Shown: positions 1 to 10,262, counted from the stretch's first letter. The stretch is DNA of 64,000 bases from an uncultured bacterium (GCA_963813815.1 CAWFAD010000016.1:352001-416000), one strand, 5' to 3'. Program-made: numbers and translations. The notes: a model not told the origin generated them from the sequence alone.

Positions 1-716
1 TTCGGGAACTCCGTCATTTCGAGCGCGATGACTCCCACGCCGGCCCGCTCCAGGAGTTCCTTCGTTCGAGGGAACCCCGCGGGCATCACCACGGCGCCAT
101 TCACGGAGAGCACGTTCGCAGCGTACTCCTCGCCATCGGGGACAACGAGCTTTTCCTCGCCTGCGAGCGCGGCATGGTCGGCCAAGGCCTTGGTGACCAG
201 AACCGTGCCGTCCCGGATGTAGCTCACGTGGCTCTTGAGATGCATCATGGCGGGGTCAATGATGGTGTCCACCTTGACGTCGAGCCAATCGGCCAACTGC
301 CTCGCGCCCTCGCGGTTGGTACGCCTCGTGAGACCGCACACGAGCCTGTCGCGCAGGTGCAGCACGTCGCCCCCCTCGACGGTCGCGGTTTCGGACGCTC
401 TCTTCACATCGAGCATCTCGGATAGGATCGTCTCGATCGCCGTTACTTCGTCCCTCCTGGCCGCTTCGGCCGGCCTGCAGATCAGGGCCTTGCCCCCGCG
501 CACGACCGCCATGTCCTCGACGAAGCACGAGTCGGGAAGCGTGTCGTCCCTTTCGAGTCGGATTACGTCGAGCCCGAGATCCTTCAGCGCCTCGACGTAC
601 GCCGCGTGCTGCGCTCTGGCGCGCGCTACGTCGACGGTGTGCCTCATCGGGTGGGTCGATATGCACCTCGAGAGCCCCTCCCCGGATTCGCGCACGATTG
701 CCTTCCTGACCAGCAT
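1..716 (-). CDS. Dimethylarginine dimethylaminohydrolase / amidinotransferase family (3' end outside window)
   Basis: Not in ORF track. Manual translation from ATG 716: MLVRKAIVRE...AQHAAYVEAL...PDSCFVEDMAVV...EGGDVL...RTNREGA...MHLKSHV, which are DDAH-type motifs. Confidence 0.85.
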   Translation of the reverse strand, partial: MLVRKAIVRESGEGLSRCISTHPMRHTVDVARARAQHAAYVEALKDLGLDVIRLERDDTLPDSCFVEDMAVVRGGKALICRPAEAARRDEVTAIETILSEMLDVKRASETATVEGGDVLHLRDRLVCGLTRRTNREGARQLADWLDVKVDTIIDPAMMHLKSHVSYIRDGTVLVTKALADHAALAGEEKLVVPDGEEYAANVLSVNGAVVMPAGFPRTKELLERAGVGVIALEMTEFP

Positions 717-737
717 GTGCCGGAGACCCCCGTTTCT

Positions 738-2108
738 TCAGCCCTTGTCCCGTTCGTTTTCGTCGGTGCGGCCGTTATCGTACATGCCTATGAGCTTGAC
801 GACCTTGCCGGATTTGTTTCTTTCGAACGTGATGCGGAAATAGTCCAAGTCGCCGACGCGGAAGAGATCCCCTCCCATAGGCGCCATCTCGTAGCTGGGG
901 CGATCCTCGCGTTGATAGCAGAGAACGCCGTTCTCGATGAAGATGCGACGAGGGCCATATGCTCCGACGTACTGTTTCATCTGTTTCTCCGACATCTTGA
1001 TCGGATTGAGCCGGCTCTCCAGATCAGTCAAGCCCCACCGGTATCCTGCGACGATCTGCTCGTCCTTCTCGGTTTCAATGAGCTTGCGCAGGGCGTGGAC
1101 GCGCGCTGCATCGAGGGCTTGCTCTTCCGGGACAACGATGTGAGGTATGACGCCGACGCCTTCCCACCCTTCGTTGTTCTCGGGATTATAGGCCCGCCCG
1201 TAGGGAATGCGAATGCCCATGCGGAAGCCGTCGAAATCGAAAACGTAGCTTTCGACCGTGTGCCCGCCGCCGCCGGTCGTTTCGCCCACGATGGTGGCGC
1301 GCTCCAGATTCTTGAGGTCGAACGTAAACTCCTCGGCGGCGGAAAAGGTGCGATCGCTCGTGAGGATGTAAACCGGCTGTTCGAGGATGCGCTTGCCGGG
1401 AACGTAGTCGGCGCTGTACGACTGAACCGTTTTTCCCTCGGCGCGGATATCCCAGTTAATGAGATGCGCCGTTTCCTCGAACAGGTAGCCGCTGATGAAG
1501 CGGATCATGGAGGCCGAACCTCCGCCGTTGTTTCGGAGGTCGAGGATCAAGGCGTTGCCATTGGCGAGGCAATTCATGGCCGCGGCGGCAGCCTCGAAGG
1601 CTTCGTTCCCGTGCGCGAACTGATCGAATCGAAGATAGCCGATACCGCCCGGGAAGATCTCCACCTTTTTGAACCCGTAGTTCCGCCCGCGCTCGAGCCG
1701 GCGGCGACGCTCCACATCGGCCGGATCCTCGTCCCTCTGGGGCTCGACGATAGATCGATCGAGAGGCGGCATGGCCGCGATCCGGAAGTGGCCGTCATGG
1801 TTGATGGCTTGGGCGTCGCGGTAGAGCCTTTCCGCGAACGCCACCGGGTCGGTCAGGGCGTCGTAGTCGCCGCTCGCGAGGTTCTTCCGCAAGCCGGCGA
1901 CGATGCGCTTGGCCGGTTCTTCGAGGACGTAAACCGAATCGATCGCGGCCGTGAGGCTGTCGACGATAGCGGCGCGCGTCGCGGCGTCGATTTTCGGAAG
2001 CTCTCCGGGTCTGGCAAACTGGGCGCGCGAGGCCGGCGAAAGCGACAGCAAGGCGAACAAGACGACTGAGGAAAAGGTATGCAGGGGAATCGAGCATTTC
2101 AATGACAT
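738..2108 (-). CDS. S41 family peptidase, secreted
   Basis: GAGGAGG SD before MSLKC; signal peptide; IGYLRFD, LILDLRNNGGGS, TFSAAEEF, IVGETTGGG and WEGVGVIP motifs. Confidence 0.9.
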   Translation of the reverse strand: MSLKCSIPLHTFSSVVLFALLSLSPASRAQFARPGELPKIDAATRAAIVDSLTAAIDSVYVLEEPAKRIVAGLRKNLASGDYDALTDPVAFAERLYRDAQAINHDGHFRIAAMPPLDRSIVEPQRDEDPADVERRRRLERGRNYGFKKVEIFPGGIGYLRFDQFAHGNEAFEAAAAAMNCLANGNALILDLRNNGGGSASMIRFISGYLFEETAHLINWDIRAEGKTVQSYSADYVPGKRILEQPVYILTSDRTFSAAEEFTFDLKNLERATIVGETTGGGGHTVESYVFDFDGFRMGIRIPYGRAYNPENNEGWEGVGVIPHIVVPEEQALDAARVHALRKLIETEKDEQIVAGYRWGLTDLESRLNPIKMSEKQMKQYVGAYGPRRIFIENGVLCYQREDRPSYEMAPMGGDLFRVGDLDYFRITFERNKSGKVVKLIGMYDNGRTDENERDKG

Positions 2109-2312
2109 GTCGTTTGACCTCCTCGTGGTTATTATATAAAGAGTTACGCCAATTTTCGCAAAAAGTTCCTGCGCGTGAGGTTCATAAAGAGGATTGCGCT
2201 TGGCCACCCCCATCGTATTGACACAAGGTCGGAGCCGCAATAAGATTAGCAGGTGAACTAATCGTGCCGATGGCAAGGTGCTGAGGGGACGATATAGCGG
2301 GAGGGAGGTCGC

Positions 2313-3233
2313 ATGCCCAAACGAATTCTGCTGTCCGGCATCCTTCTTCTGGTCATCGCGGGCGCCGTTCAGGCTCAGCAGGTAGCCGACCTGAAGTACT
2401 GTCCGCCCATTCTTCGGCCGGCCTACAAAGCGGAGGAGGGCCCCCGCGTCGCGATCGACGAGGCGCACTATAATTTCCATACAGCCGACGGGCGTTACCA
2501 GCCGTTCGCGGAGCTTCTCCGGCGCGACGGCTACCGCGTCGGCGGCATGGGGGAGCAGTTCTCCGCCGCCTCGTTGAAGGCAGCGGACGTCCTCGTGATC
2601 GCCAACGCGCTCAATGAGCGGAACGCCGAGGATTGGTCGCTTCCCACGCCGTCCGCTTTCACGGAGGATGAGATCGCCGCCGTTCGCGACTGGGTCGAGA
2701 AAGGCGGCTCGCTCTTCCTGATCGCCGATCACATGCCATTTCCCGGCGCGGCCGGCGATCTAGCCCGGGCTTTCGGTGTGGAGTTCAGCAACGGCTACGC
2801 GACGGCCGGAAATCGGGAGCGGGGCGTGCCGGATATTTTCAAGGATGGAGCCGGTTTCAAGGAAAGCGCCGTCACCCATGGCCGGGCGGACGATGAGCGG
2901 GTAACACAGGTCGCAACCTTCACCGGTTCGGCCTTCAAACCGCCGAAAGACGCGATCCCGATTCTCGTGTTCGATCCGAAATCCGTATCGTTTGAAACGA
3001 AGAAGGCCCCGGGAATCACTCCCGACGCGCTCGAGGTGCCCATCGAAGGCTGGAGTCAGGGAGCGATTTTCGAGGTCGGCAAGGGCCGTGTCGCGGTATT
3101 CGGCGAGGCCGCGATGTTCAGCGCGCAGCTGGCCGGACCGCAGGAGATGCCGATGGGCATGAACTCGCCCGCGGCGGCGCAGAACTTTCAATTGCTCCTG
3201 AACGTGATGCACTGGCTCACCCGGGCGAACTGA
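2313..3233 (+). CDS. Secreted DUF4350-like / class I GATase-like fold protein
   Basis: GGAGG SD; signal peptide; IDEAHYNFHT, WVEKGGSLFLIADH and GKGRVAVFGE motifs. Confidence 0.6.
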   Translation: MPKRILLSGILLLVIAGAVQAQQVADLKYCPPILRPAYKAEEGPRVAIDEAHYNFHTADGRYQPFAELLRRDGYRVGGMGEQFSAASLKAADVLVIANALNERNAEDWSLPTPSAFTEDEIAAVRDWVEKGGSLFLIADHMPFPGAAGDLARAFGVEFSNGYATAGNRERGVPDIFKDGAGFKESAVTHGRADDERVTQVATFTGSAFKPPKDAIPILVFDPKSVSFETKKAPGITPDALEVPIEGWSQGAIFEVGKGRVAVFGEAAMFSAQLAGPQEMPMGMNSPAAAQNFQLLLNVMHWLTRAN

Positions 3234-3358
3234 TTATCCGCACGGCAGGTCGCCGCAACGTTATTGGAGTTCTGCTCGTGACGCTCATCATGTACCTTCT
3301 CGCGATCCCGACGTTCAATGTCTCTCTCACGCAGCTGCCGGCTTGGATTGGACGCTGA
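3233..3358 (+). pseudogene. Possible C-terminal remnant of a DASS/SLC13-type membrane transporter
   Basis: Intergenic frame reads IIRTAGRRNVIGVLLVTLIMYLLAIPTFNVSLTQLPAWIGR*: one TM helix and an LPxW ending, with no start codon at its 5' end. Confidence 0.35.
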
Positions 3359-3363
3359 GCGCC

Positions 3364-4632
3364 ATGGAACTGAAAGCCGAAACCAAGTACAGGCTCCTCG
3401 CTCGAATCTCCCATGAGCTCCGAGACACGCTGGACCTGGACGAGATACTGAATCATCTCCTGGATATGGTTCGTTCGGTCGTGGAGTACGACGCCGCGGG
3501 CATTTTTGTGCTGAACGAGGATTTCATGGAGCCGCACGAGAGGAAGGCGCGCGGGTTGATCGGCGGCATCGCGATTCGCGGATTCGACATACGACCCCCG
3601 AGCATCGATCCTATGCTGAGCGCCGGCAAGGGTATCGTCGGGCATGTGATCGGAACGCGCGAATGCGTCGTGATTTCCGACGTGCGCAACGATTCTCGCT
3701 ACATCGAGGGCCGTAAGGGGACGCGCTCGGAGATCGCCGTGCCCATCGTGAGGAATGAGCGGGCGATCGGTGCGTTGAATCTCGAAAGCAACACGGTGGC
3801 GGCCTATAGCCCCGGCAATCTCGAGATGCTGCAATTCGTCGCCGATGCAGCCGCGCTCGCCATCGAAAAAGCCATGCTGCACCGGCAAATTCTGGAGAAG
3901 GAGCGCATAGAGGAACAGCTGAAGGTCGCGCACGAGGTTCAATCCCGCCTTCTCCCGCGCGAGGCTCCGGACGTGCCCGGGTACGACATCAGCGGCACAT
4001 GCATTTCGACGTACGAGATCGGGGGAGACTACTTCGATTATCTTCGGCTTCCGAACGACAGGATCGGCGTCGTCGTGGCGGATGTGTCGGGGCATGGAAT
4101 CCCCGCGGCGCTGATCATGACGGCTTTTCGCGCGCTCCTGCGCACGCAGATCCGCGCCGATGCGGAGCCGGAGCATGTCGCCAGCTCGCTCGGCGGGCTG
4201 CTCCCGGAATTTATCGGGGATGAACACTATGTGACATCTGTGTACGGGGTTCTCGATCCGCCGGAGGGTCGCTTCACGTATGTCAACTGCGGGCACGTCG
4301 TTCCCCTGCTTTTTCGATCCGACGGCCGCGTCGAACATTTGAGAATCGGGGGGCCGGTCCTGAGCGGCGCCCTCACGGACACGTCGCATCATGCCCATGA
4401 GGTCGAACTCGCACGAGGAGACACGCTGATTCTCTATACCGACGGCGTCGTCGAGATCGGGCCCGAGAACGGAGAGGAATTCGGTCTGGAGCGATTGAAA
4501 ACGGTCGTGCAGGGAGCGCGGGAGCTCCCGGCTTCGGGCATAATTCGCGAGCTCGTTCGTGCGACGCGGGAGTTTTCCGGTTCGGAGCATTATCGCGATG
4601 ATTTCACTCTCGTGATCGTGCGACGAGGGTAG
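3364..4632 (+). CDS. GAF + SpoIIE/PP2C phosphatase (RsbU-like)
   Basis: GAF motifs RSEIAVPI and IGALNLES; PP2C motifs IGGDYFD, VADVSGHG, YTDGVVE and DDFTLV. Confidence 0.9.
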   Translation: MELKAETKYRLLARISHELRDTLDLDEILNHLLDMVRSVVEYDAAGIFVLNEDFMEPHERKARGLIGGIAIRGFDIRPPSIDPMLSAGKGIVGHVIGTRECVVISDVRNDSRYIEGRKGTRSEIAVPIVRNERAIGALNLESNTVAAYSPGNLEMLQFVADAAALAIEKAMLHRQILEKERIEEQLKVAHEVQSRLLPREAPDVPGYDISGTCISTYEIGGDYFDYLRLPNDRIGVVVADVSGHGIPAALIMTAFRALLRTQIRADAEPEHVASSLGGLLPEFIGDEHYVTSVYGVLDPPEGRFTYVNCGHVVPLLFRSDGRVEHLRIGGPVLSGALTDTSHHAHEVELARGDTLILYTDGVVEIGPENGEEFGLERLKTVVQGARELPASGIIRELVRATREFSGSEHYRDDFTLVIVRRG

Positions 4633-4729
4633 ATGCCCGTCGTGTCGCTTCTCGTTGACTCTCGAGAAAAGCAACCACTATACTCCCCTCGCTTCTCCGG
4701 TGAACGGGAAACGGAACGAAGGGAAGGTT

Positions 4730-5617
4730 ATGAAAACGAATCTCGTGCTGGTCTCCACGCTCGTCATCCTGCTGCTTTCGTGCGCCGCTCCGCCCGCGGG
4801 GGCGCTGGAAATCGTGTCCAAGAGCCCGTACGCGGGCGCCATCGTCGTCGACGCCGCAACGGGAAGAGCGCTGTTCGAGGACGACGCGGACGTGCGGGCG
4901 TACCCGGCCAGCATCACGAAGCTCATGGTGCTCCTCGTCATTCTCGATGCGGTCGAAGCCGGCCGCCTCACCCTCGACGCGCCGGTCAAGGTGACCGCCC
5001 AGGCCTCCAAGATCGGCGGAACGCAGGTGTATTTGAAGGAAAACGAAGTGTTCCCGGTCGAGGAGCTGCTGTACGCGCTCATTGTCGAGTCGGCGAACGA
5101 CGCGGCGACCGCGCTCGCGATCCATTACGCCGGCAACAAAGCTGCTTTCGTGGACCTGATGAACAGGCGCGCGCAGGAAATCGGCATGAAAGACACGGTC
5201 TATCACTCCGCGCACGGCCTGCCTCCGAGCAAAGGCCAGCTGCCGGATGTTTCCACTCCGCGCGATATCGCGAAGCTGTGCTGCGAGCTTCTGAAGAAGC
5301 CCGGCGTCTTGAAGTATACCTCCACCCGGCGGCGCCCCTTCAGGGCGGATTTGGCCGAGCCGTTCATGATGACGAACCACAATCGGCTGCTCGGAAGGCT
5401 CGAGGGGTGCGACGGGCTCAAGACCGGGTATTTCAGGGCGGCGGGATTTTCCATCGCGGCGACCGCGGCCAGAAAGAATAAACGAGCCATCGCCGTCGTG
5501 GTCGGGGCGACGAACGAGAGAGTCAGGGATGTCCGGACAAAGGAGCTCCTCGCCAAGGGGCTGGAGGAGCTCGCGGCCGCCTCGCCGTCGACGGCCCCGG
5601 CCGGGGCATCTCGGTGA
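4730..5617 (+). CDS. dacA: D-alanyl-D-alanine carboxypeptidase (peptidase S11)
   Basis: PASITKLM (SxxK), SANDAA (SxN) and LKTG motifs; signal peptide. Confidence 0.9.
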   Translation: MKTNLVLVSTLVILLLSCAAPPAGALEIVSKSPYAGAIVVDAATGRALFEDDADVRAYPASITKLMVLLVILDAVEAGRLTLDAPVKVTAQASKIGGTQVYLKENEVFPVEELLYALIVESANDAATALAIHYAGNKAAFVDLMNRRAQEIGMKDTVYHSAHGLPPSKGQLPDVSTPRDIAKLCCELLKKPGVLKYTSTRRRPFRADLAEPFMMTNHNRLLGRLEGCDGLKTGYFRAAGFSIAATAARKNKRAIAVVVGATNERVRDVRTKELLAKGLEELAAASPSTAPAGASR

Positions 5618-5631
5618 AAAGGAGCGGGACC

Positions 5632-5994
5632 ATGCGCAGCAGAATCGTTGTTTCGTTGGCGGCGGCGGTTTGCCTCGCCGCGTCGAACGCGTTCGCCGGG
5701 CGCATCTTCGGCGACATCAAGCTCGACGGCAAGCCGGCGCCGGCCGGCATCGCGGTGAAGATCGCCGTGGCGCCGACCGCGGGGGCCGCGACGACGCCGG
5801 TCGTCGTCGACTCCGCGGTCACCGACAAGTTCGGCTCGTACAAGCTGGCGGTGAAGCAGGAGGGGAAGTGCGTTCTGACGCTCGTGTACGAGAAGCAGGC
5901 GGTAACGCTCGAGGTCTTTTCCTACAAGAGCGCGACGCGCTACGACCTCATCCTCGAAAAAAAGGGTGGGAAGGCGACCCTGAGAAGGAAGTGA
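5632..5994 (+). CDS. Small secreted beta-sandwich-like hypothetical protein
   Basis: AGGAG SD; signal peptide ending AFA; TDKFGSYKL segment. Confidence 0.6.
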   Translation: MRSRIVVSLAAAVCLAASNAFAGRIFGDIKLDGKPAPAGIAVKIAVAPTAGAATTPVVVDSAVTDKFGSYKLAVKQEGKCVLTLVYEKQAVTLEVFSYKSATRYDLILEKKGGKATLRRK

Positions 5995-6001
5995 TCGAAA
6001 G

Positions 6002-6901
6002 ATGAGCGTCGAACCCGTACAAAAACGGGACGCGTGGAACAAGATCGAGATCCTCACGCGCCCGCTCGGCGGTCTGCTCACCGCGGCGGCCATCACCGTG
6101 CTCGGTTTCATCACCTCGAGCGCCCTCAATCAGCGGCAGGCGATCGACACGAACACGCGCCTCTACACGGAGCTCATGAGCCGCCGCGAGGAATCGGAAA
6201 GCGCGCTCCGCAAGGATATGTGCGTTTCCATCATCAATTCCTTCGTGAACCCGCGCGACACGGGGCTCGGTCCCTCCGTGCTCAACCTCGAGATGCTCGC
6301 CTACAACTTTCACGAGTCGCTCAACCTGAAGCCGCTGTTCGAGGAAATGCGGCGGCGGGTGATGCACGCGCGGGGAGAGGCGGCGACGCTCGAGGACCGG
6401 GCGGAAAACGACGCCTACCTTGAGAGGCTCGAGACCATGGCGCGGGAGATCGTGCGCAGGCAGATGATCGTTCTCGAGGGAGTCGGTAAGAGGTTCGATC
6501 GCACGATCGATCTCTCCGGCGATCCGGAGGGAGCGAGCCTCGAGCCCGAGACGCTGACGCTCGACGGCGTCGCGACGACCTTCGCGATCGACGTTCTCGG
6601 CGTCGACCGGGAGACCCGCGAGATAGAAATCGGCCTCAGCATCGAGAGCCCGGACCCCGAGCAGGGGCGCCAGACGAAGGTGGCGGCCTTCGGCGTCAGC
6701 TACTTCGATTTCCCCATGATCGACAACACGAGGCTCGTCGGCGGCCAGCGTTGCTCGGTGGTGCTGAACAGCATCTCGGAGCATTCCGCCGACATCACGC
6801 TCGTGCTTTTTCCCGGCACCTACGCGAGCCTCAAGGAAAAGCCTTACTACAACGAGGTGATCGAGAGCGTTCTCAAAGCGAACAAGAGGATGGCCCGCTG
6901 A
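6002..6901 (+). CDS. Membrane-anchored hypothetical protein
   Basis: N-terminal TM helix; 7 bp from the upstream stop; typical codon usage. Confidence 0.65.
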   Translation: MSVEPVQKRDAWNKIEILTRPLGGLLTAAAITVLGFITSSALNQRQAIDTNTRLYTELMSRREESESALRKDMCVSIINSFVNPRDTGLGPSVLNLEMLAYNFHESLNLKPLFEEMRRRVMHARGEAATLEDRAENDAYLERLETMAREIVRRQMIVLEGVGKRFDRTIDLSGDPEGASLEPETLTLDGVATTFAIDVLGVDRETREIEIGLSIESPDPEQGRQTKVAAFGVSYFDFPMIDNTRLVGGQRCSVVLNSISEHSADITLVLFPGTYASLKEKPYYNEVIESVLKANKRMAR

Positions 6902-6982
6902 GCGCCAGCCGATCGATGAGAGGGCGGCGCAACCCCGCAACCGCATTTACCGGGCGGGTGCGCCGCAGAAACGAGGTCTCGT

Positions 6983-7714
6983 ATGAAGAAGCTGCTCATG
7001 GCCGCGATCGTCGCGGCCGCCGTAATCGTCGTCATCGTTCTCGTCGGCCTCTCCAAGCTCGACTCACTCGTCGCGAAAATGATCGAGAAATACGGCGGCG
7101 ACGCGACGCAGACGGAAGTCCGCGTCGCGGGGGTGGATATCTCTCTCCGCGATGGGCGAGGCTCGATCAAGGGGCTCGAGATCGAGAGCCCCGAGGGGTT
7201 CGGGGCTCGCACGGCTCTTTCGCTGGGCGACATCGTCGTCGACATCGACGTCAAGAGCATCCGCGAGGAGCCCATCGTCATCGACGAGATTCGCGTGCGG
7301 GCTCCCGTCGTCAGCGCCGAGATAACGAAGACGGGCTCTTCCAACATCGACGAGCTCCGCAAGCGGGTGCAGGCCTACGCCGCGGGGACGGGGGGAGAGG
7401 GCGGCGAATCGAGAGGCGAAACGAAGCGGATACGGATCGCGCGATTCGTATTCGAGGAAGGCCGCATCGAGGTCGACGCGTCGGCGCTCGGGATCGAGAA
7501 GCGCACGATCGTTCTCCCCGAGATCCGTCTCGACGACGTCGGCGGAGCGAGCGGCGCGCCGCCGGACGAGATCGCGAGGATCATACTCACGACCGTTGCC
7601 GGCAAAGCGACCTCCGAGATCGCCGACTCCGAAATCGACCGGCTGATCAAGGAGAAGCTCGGAGGGTCCGTCACCGACAAGGTGAAAGACCTGATGGACA
7701 AGGTCGGTCTGTAG
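6983..7714 (+). CDS. AsmA-like / DUF748-like N-anchored protein
   Basis: N-terminal TM helix; GRGSIKGLEIESPEGF and IVIDEIRVRAPVV beta-rich pattern. Confidence 0.6.
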   Translation: MKKLLMAAIVAAAVIVVIVLVGLSKLDSLVAKMIEKYGGDATQTEVRVAGVDISLRDGRGSIKGLEIESPEGFGARTALSLGDIVVDIDVKSIREEPIVIDEIRVRAPVVSAEITKTGSSNIDELRKRVQAYAAGTGGEGGESRGETKRIRIARFVFEEGRIEVDASALGIEKRTIVLPEIRLDDVGGASGAPPDEIARIILTTVAGKATSEIADSEIDRLIKEKLGGSVTDKVKDLMDKVGL

Positions 7715-7769
7715 CCGCGCGGCCGAGCTCTCCTCCGCGGCGCCGCGGGCGAACCGGCGGCTCGCGCTT

Positions 7770-8801
7770 CTATTCCACCTTCCCGAGCGGCATGACGTAG
7801 AGCGGCTCCTCCGCGCGCGTCATCCCGACGGCCTTCTTGAGCCGCAGATCGTCGAACGCGCCGAGGGCGCACGTGCCGACCTTGAGAGCGTACGCCTCGA
7901 GGTACACGTTCTCCGCGGAATGCCCGAGATCCATGCAGACGTAACGATCGCGCCCGCGCTGGCCGTACTTCACCATCGTCCGCTCGTACACGGCCGAGTA
8001 TACGATCGCCGCCGAGGCCGTCTTGAAATGGGGCTGGTCGAAGCAGGCCTTGCTCACCTCGTCGCGCCGGTCTCCCTCGGCGACGCGCACGAGCCGATGC
8101 GTCTCCGACTTGTAGTAGTAGATGCCGTCCGGAAGGCCGGTCACGTCGAAGGCCGCGAGGTAGATGTCGAGCGGGTAGCGGCCTCCGGCCGAGGGCGCCG
8201 TCCGCAGACCCCCTCGAAGGAAGGCGGGCGGGTTCTCGCGCGTTTTCGTGATTCCGTAGGCCGCCCAGAGGAGCTGGGAGGTCTCCTCGAGCGCGAGGGG
8301 CTTCTCGACGTAGGAGCGGATCGATCTGCGGTTCGCGAGGGCCGCCTCGATCGATACCGTTCCGTCGAGGCGCGGGGCGGGGAGGTCGATCGCGGGGCCG
8401 TCCGGGTGGGTCTCCGGGAATGATCTCTCCACGAACGCGATCTTCTGCTGGATCGAGTCCATGACGGCCTTCCATTGGCTTCCGCTCCGAAGGCTCTCGA
8501 GATCCGCGTCCGCCGCGAGCGTCTCCTTTTCGAGGAATCCCGCCTCGATCGCCTTGAAGAGATATCCGTAGGCGGCCTCCGGCTTGCCGACCCGGGCGCC
8601 GGCGCAGGCGGCGTTGTAGAAATCGTTGTAGCTCCACTCGCCCGTTTCGAAGGCCCTTTCGTAGAGGGCGAGGGCGTTCTCGTATTCCTTGGCCATGAGC
8701 TTCGACTCGGCCTCCCGGACGAGGGCGTCGTATCCCTGCGCCAGTGAGGCGGAGGCGAGCCCCAGAAATACGACAGCCGCCATCGCAACGCGCATTCTCA
8801 T
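7770..8801 (-). CDS. Signal peptide + TPR-like + SagB/ThcOx-type nitroreductase-family protein
   Basis: GGAGG SD; YNAACAGAR TPR-like part; RRSIRSY, LRTAPSAGGRYP and GHSAENVYL...GAFDD motifs. Confidence 0.85.
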   Translation of the reverse strand: MRMRVAMAAVVFLGLASASLAQGYDALVREAESKLMAKEYENALALYERAFETGEWSYNDFYNAACAGARVGKPEAAYGYLFKAIEAGFLEKETLAADADLESLRSGSQWKAVMDSIQQKIAFVERSFPETHPDGPAIDLPAPRLDGTVSIEAALANRRSIRSYVEKPLALEETSQLLWAAYGITKTRENPPAFLRGGLRTAPSAGGRYPLDIYLAAFDVTGLPDGIYYYKSETHRLVRVAEGDRRDEVSKACFDQPHFKTASAAIVYSAVYERTMVKYGQRGRDRYVCMDLGHSAENVYLEAYALKVGTCALGAFDDLRLKKAVGMTRAEEPLYVMPLGKVE

Positions 8802-8844
8802 GTCGATACCTCCCGTTCGCGATCGCCGTGCTTTCTCCTTGGGA

Positions 8845-8873
8845 TTTACATTATACGCGCATTCGAGTAGAAT
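8845..8873 (+). promoter_or_regulatory. sigma70-type promoter, probably giving a leaderless mRNA for the radical SAM gene
   Basis: TTTACA-N17-TAGAAT ends 6 nt before GTG 8880. An overlapping minus-strand TATAAT (8850-8855) faces the SagB-type gene. Confidence 0.5.
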
Positions 8874-8879
8874 CGGCCA

Positions 8880-10262
8880 GTGGAGAGAAAATCTCGTTTC
8901 AAGCATGACGGCGTGCTGCACGCCACCATAAACGGCCACCGGTTCCACCTTCGGCGCAAGGACCCGACACGCGACGACTTTCTCTGGATCGACGGCCGGC
9001 AGCCGCCGATCGTTCTCGATCGGACTGCGGCTGATTTCGTTTCTCATCTCATCGACGCGATGTGGCTCCATCAGCGGGGCAACGGAGACCAGTCGCAAGC
9101 GGTGATCGACTACGTCGTGGAAAAGATGGCCGGGCGCTACTCGCGGGGGCCGCGCCTTTTCGGGCGCGCCGTCGCGCGCGAGACGATCGCCGCCGACCTG
9201 AACAGAATCTTCGGCACGCTGATGAGACTCGCGGAAGGGACGTGTCCCGCGGAAGCGGGGCTCGGTTCGAAGGAGATACGATACGGGAAGTGGCTCGCGC
9301 CCGCCCGCATGGATCTCGCCGTGACCTACCGGTGCAACCTGAAATGCGGGAAATGCTACGTCGGCGACCGGCGCGTCGAGCGGGAGCTCGGCACGCGGGA
9401 ATGGGTCTGCGTCTACGAGACGCTCTGGAAGTCGGGCGTGCCGCAGGTCGTTTTCACCGGCGGGGAGCCGACGCTGCGGGACGATATCGTAGAGCTCGTG
9501 AGCGAGGCCGACGAGTTCGTCACCGGTCTCGTCACGAACGGCACGAGGCTCCGCGAGCTCTCCGAGGCCCTGCGCGACGCGAGCCTCGACTACGCGCAGG
9601 TCACGGTCGAGTCGTTCGACGCCGGGATTCACGACCGGATCGTCCACGCGGACGGATCGCACGCGAAGACCGTGGCCGGCATCGAACGGGCCCTCGCCGC
9701 GGGCCTCGAGATCGTGACCAATACCACGCTCACCCGCGCCAACGCCGCCTCGTTCGTCGAGACCGTGAGATGGCTGCACGGCCTCGGCATCAGGAACGTC
9801 GCCTGCAACACGCTCATCTGCAGCGGTCACGGGGTGGAATACCGGAGAGAGAACGGGCTCGACGAGAAGTCGCTCGGGGGGCTGCTCGCCGCCGCCCGCC
9901 GGACGGCGGAGGATCTGGGGATCGCGTTTCAGTGGTATTCCCCGACGTGCTATCACGGCGGCGTCGATCCGGTCGCGCTCGGCCTCGGCGTCAAAACCTG
10001 CTCGGCGGCGGCGCACAACATGACGATTCAGCCGGACGGCACGGTGCTCCCCTGCCAGTCGTGGCCCGACGCCGTGGGGAATATTCTGAAGGACGAGTGG
10101 GGCTCGATCTGGCGGCATCCGGTCTGCGTGAAGCTGCGCGAACGGCGAATGACGCCTGCGGAGTGCCGCGGGTGCGAGCACGAGATCTCGTGCGGCGGCG
10201 GGTGTCCCCTCGACGCGTCTCCGCGAATCAAGAGCGCGGGGGAAAAGGGGGCGATCGCGTGA
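8880..10262 (+). CDS. Radical SAM/SPASM protein with putative N-terminal PqqD-like RRE
   Basis: CNLKCGKC, FTGGEPTL and VTNG motifs; SPASM CSAA...IQPDGTVLPC...CRGC...CGGGC; about 140-aa N-terminal extension. Confidence 0.9.
   Translation: MERKSRFKHDGVLHATINGHRFHLRRKDPTRDDFLWIDGRQPPIVLDRTAADFVSHLIDAMWLHQRGNGDQSQAVIDYVVEKMAGRYSRGPRLFGRAVARETIAADLNRIFGTLMRLAEGTCPAEAGLGSKEIRYGKWLAPARMDLAVTYRCNLKCGKCYVGDRRVERELGTREWVCVYETLWKSGVPQVVFTGGEPTLRDDIVELVSEADEFVTGLVTNGTRLRELSEALRDASLDYAQVTVESFDAGIHDRIVHADGSHAKTVAGIERALAAGLEIVTNTTLTRANAASFVETVRWLHGLGIRNVACNTLICSGHGVEYRRENGLDEKSLGGLLAAARRTAEDLGIAFQWYSPTCYHGGVDPVALGLGVKTCSAAAHNMTIQPDGTVLPCQSWPDAVGNILKDEWGSIWRHPVCVKLRERRMTPAECRGCEHEISCGGGCPLDASPRIKSAGEKGAIA

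Noticed and set aside
738..2732. ORF-track N-terminal extensions (664-aa S41, 803-aa SagB, 719-aa at 9062, 905-aa at 18193, 845-aa ABC-F, 1092-aa HdrA)
   Set aside because: The extensions overlap other real genes; internal starts with SD or signal peptides fit better, so these are not true fusions.
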